Shown: positions 63,250 through 64,000 of the stretch, piece by piece | Layout of the letters: the number at the start of each line of letters is the position of its first letter | Position numbering within the stretch: the first letter of the stretch is position 1 | Origin: Callorhinchus milii | Taxonomy: Eukaryota | Direction: 5' to 3' | Assembly (NCBI RefSeq): GCF_018977255.1 | Contig: NW_024704742.1 | Location: 105,774,001 to 105,838,000 of the forward strand | Length of the DNA stretch: 64,000 nucleotides | The notes under the pieces: model-generated | The model's database searches: none | The model's input: the letters and a program-made list of their open reading frames with translations, nothing else | What the model was told of the DNA's origin: nothing | Made by a program: the position numbers and the translations under genes

Positions 63250-63570
63250 TAAGTCACAGAAACCAAATAGTCACAGGTTCAGTTCCCACTCTGAGCTGAG
63301 CAGCAGTCAGGGCACTGAAATTGGCCTCTGAACTCCTACGCCAGGGAGGGCAAACATCAGCCACGTTTCCTGCTCTGAATTATTGTTATTACCAGTGACC
63401 CACTGATGAAAAATGTGTGTATGTGTCAGTCAAGAGAGGGATCAGGTTGAGCTCTGCTGCATTGGACAGAGGAATAGGCTGCCAACACTCACTGCCACAG
63501 CTCACACCTGGGCAAGTGCTGGAGGCCAGACAGCACCCATGGACTTGCTCTTCAGCAAGTCAGTGCCTTC
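63250..63570 (+). mobile_element. AmnSINE2-like ancient SINE
   Basis: caggttcagttccc…aattggcctc…agggaggg…atcagcc…ccagtgaccc…gatcagg…gaataggctgccaacactcactg…gctcacac. Homologous to 28680. Confidence 0.6.
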
Positions 63571-63625
63571 AGCGTGGAGAAAGAGAAAGTGGTGTGAAAT
63601 TCAGGTTTTAAAACGTGCTATTAGG

Positions 63626-63915
63626 GTGTCAGCCTGGTGGCACTCTCTGAGTCAGAAAGTTGTGGGTTCAAGCCCCACATCAGGACTTTGAACTCACATT
63701 GTCTAAGCTGACACTCCAGTGCAATGCTGAGGGGGGCATGACATTGTTAGAGGTGCCATCCTTCAGATAATATGTTAAAAAAGGTTCTGTCCGCCTGCTC
63801 AATTGAATGTTAAAAGAGAAAGGCGTTTCTTCCGATGTCCTGGCTTACAATCCCTCAGATAAAATTGATCATTTGTGACTGTTTGTTGGAAAGTGCTGCA
63901 TACAAACTGATTGTG
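63626..63915 (+). mobile_element. SacSINE1/DeuSINE-like SINE
   Basis: gtgtcagcc…ctctgagtcagaaagttgtgggttcaagcccc…gctgacactccagtgcaatgctgaggg…gaggtgccatccttcagat. Confidence 0.85.
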
Positions 63916-64000
63916 GGACATTCCTGTGTACACATATTTAAGCACTTGTGCTCTGCTTTGAGTCGTGAAGTTAAAGCCTTTGGACTCCGTTTAAAAAAAA

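Overview
Vertebrate non-coding DNA (intergenic or one or more very long introns). I recognise no protein-coding gene, rRNA, true tRNA or CRISPR array. The listed ORFs are short chance ORFs or pieces of decayed LINE ORF2 or SINE sequence. The repeat content points to a cartilaginous fish, probably a holocephalan such as the elephant shark (inference, not verified). It comprises: three 5'-truncated L2 LINE ends; a young tRNA-derived SINE and an older SacSINE1/DeuSINE-like SINE, both sharing the L2 3' tail (dozens of copies and fragments); CR1 3' fragments; ancient SINEs resembling LF-SINE and AmnSINE2; a palindromic MITE family; and a Penelope-like inverted repeat with two degenerate hammerhead-ribozyme-like cores. 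Between the repeats are repeat-poor blocks that retain CpGs and may hold conserved enhancers, a few CTCF-like motifs, and several small exon-like units, including a 12-nt microexon candidate that I cannot assign to a gene. Repeat family names come from my memory of consensus sequences and need a Dfam/Repbase check. Boundaries of decayed copies are approximate.
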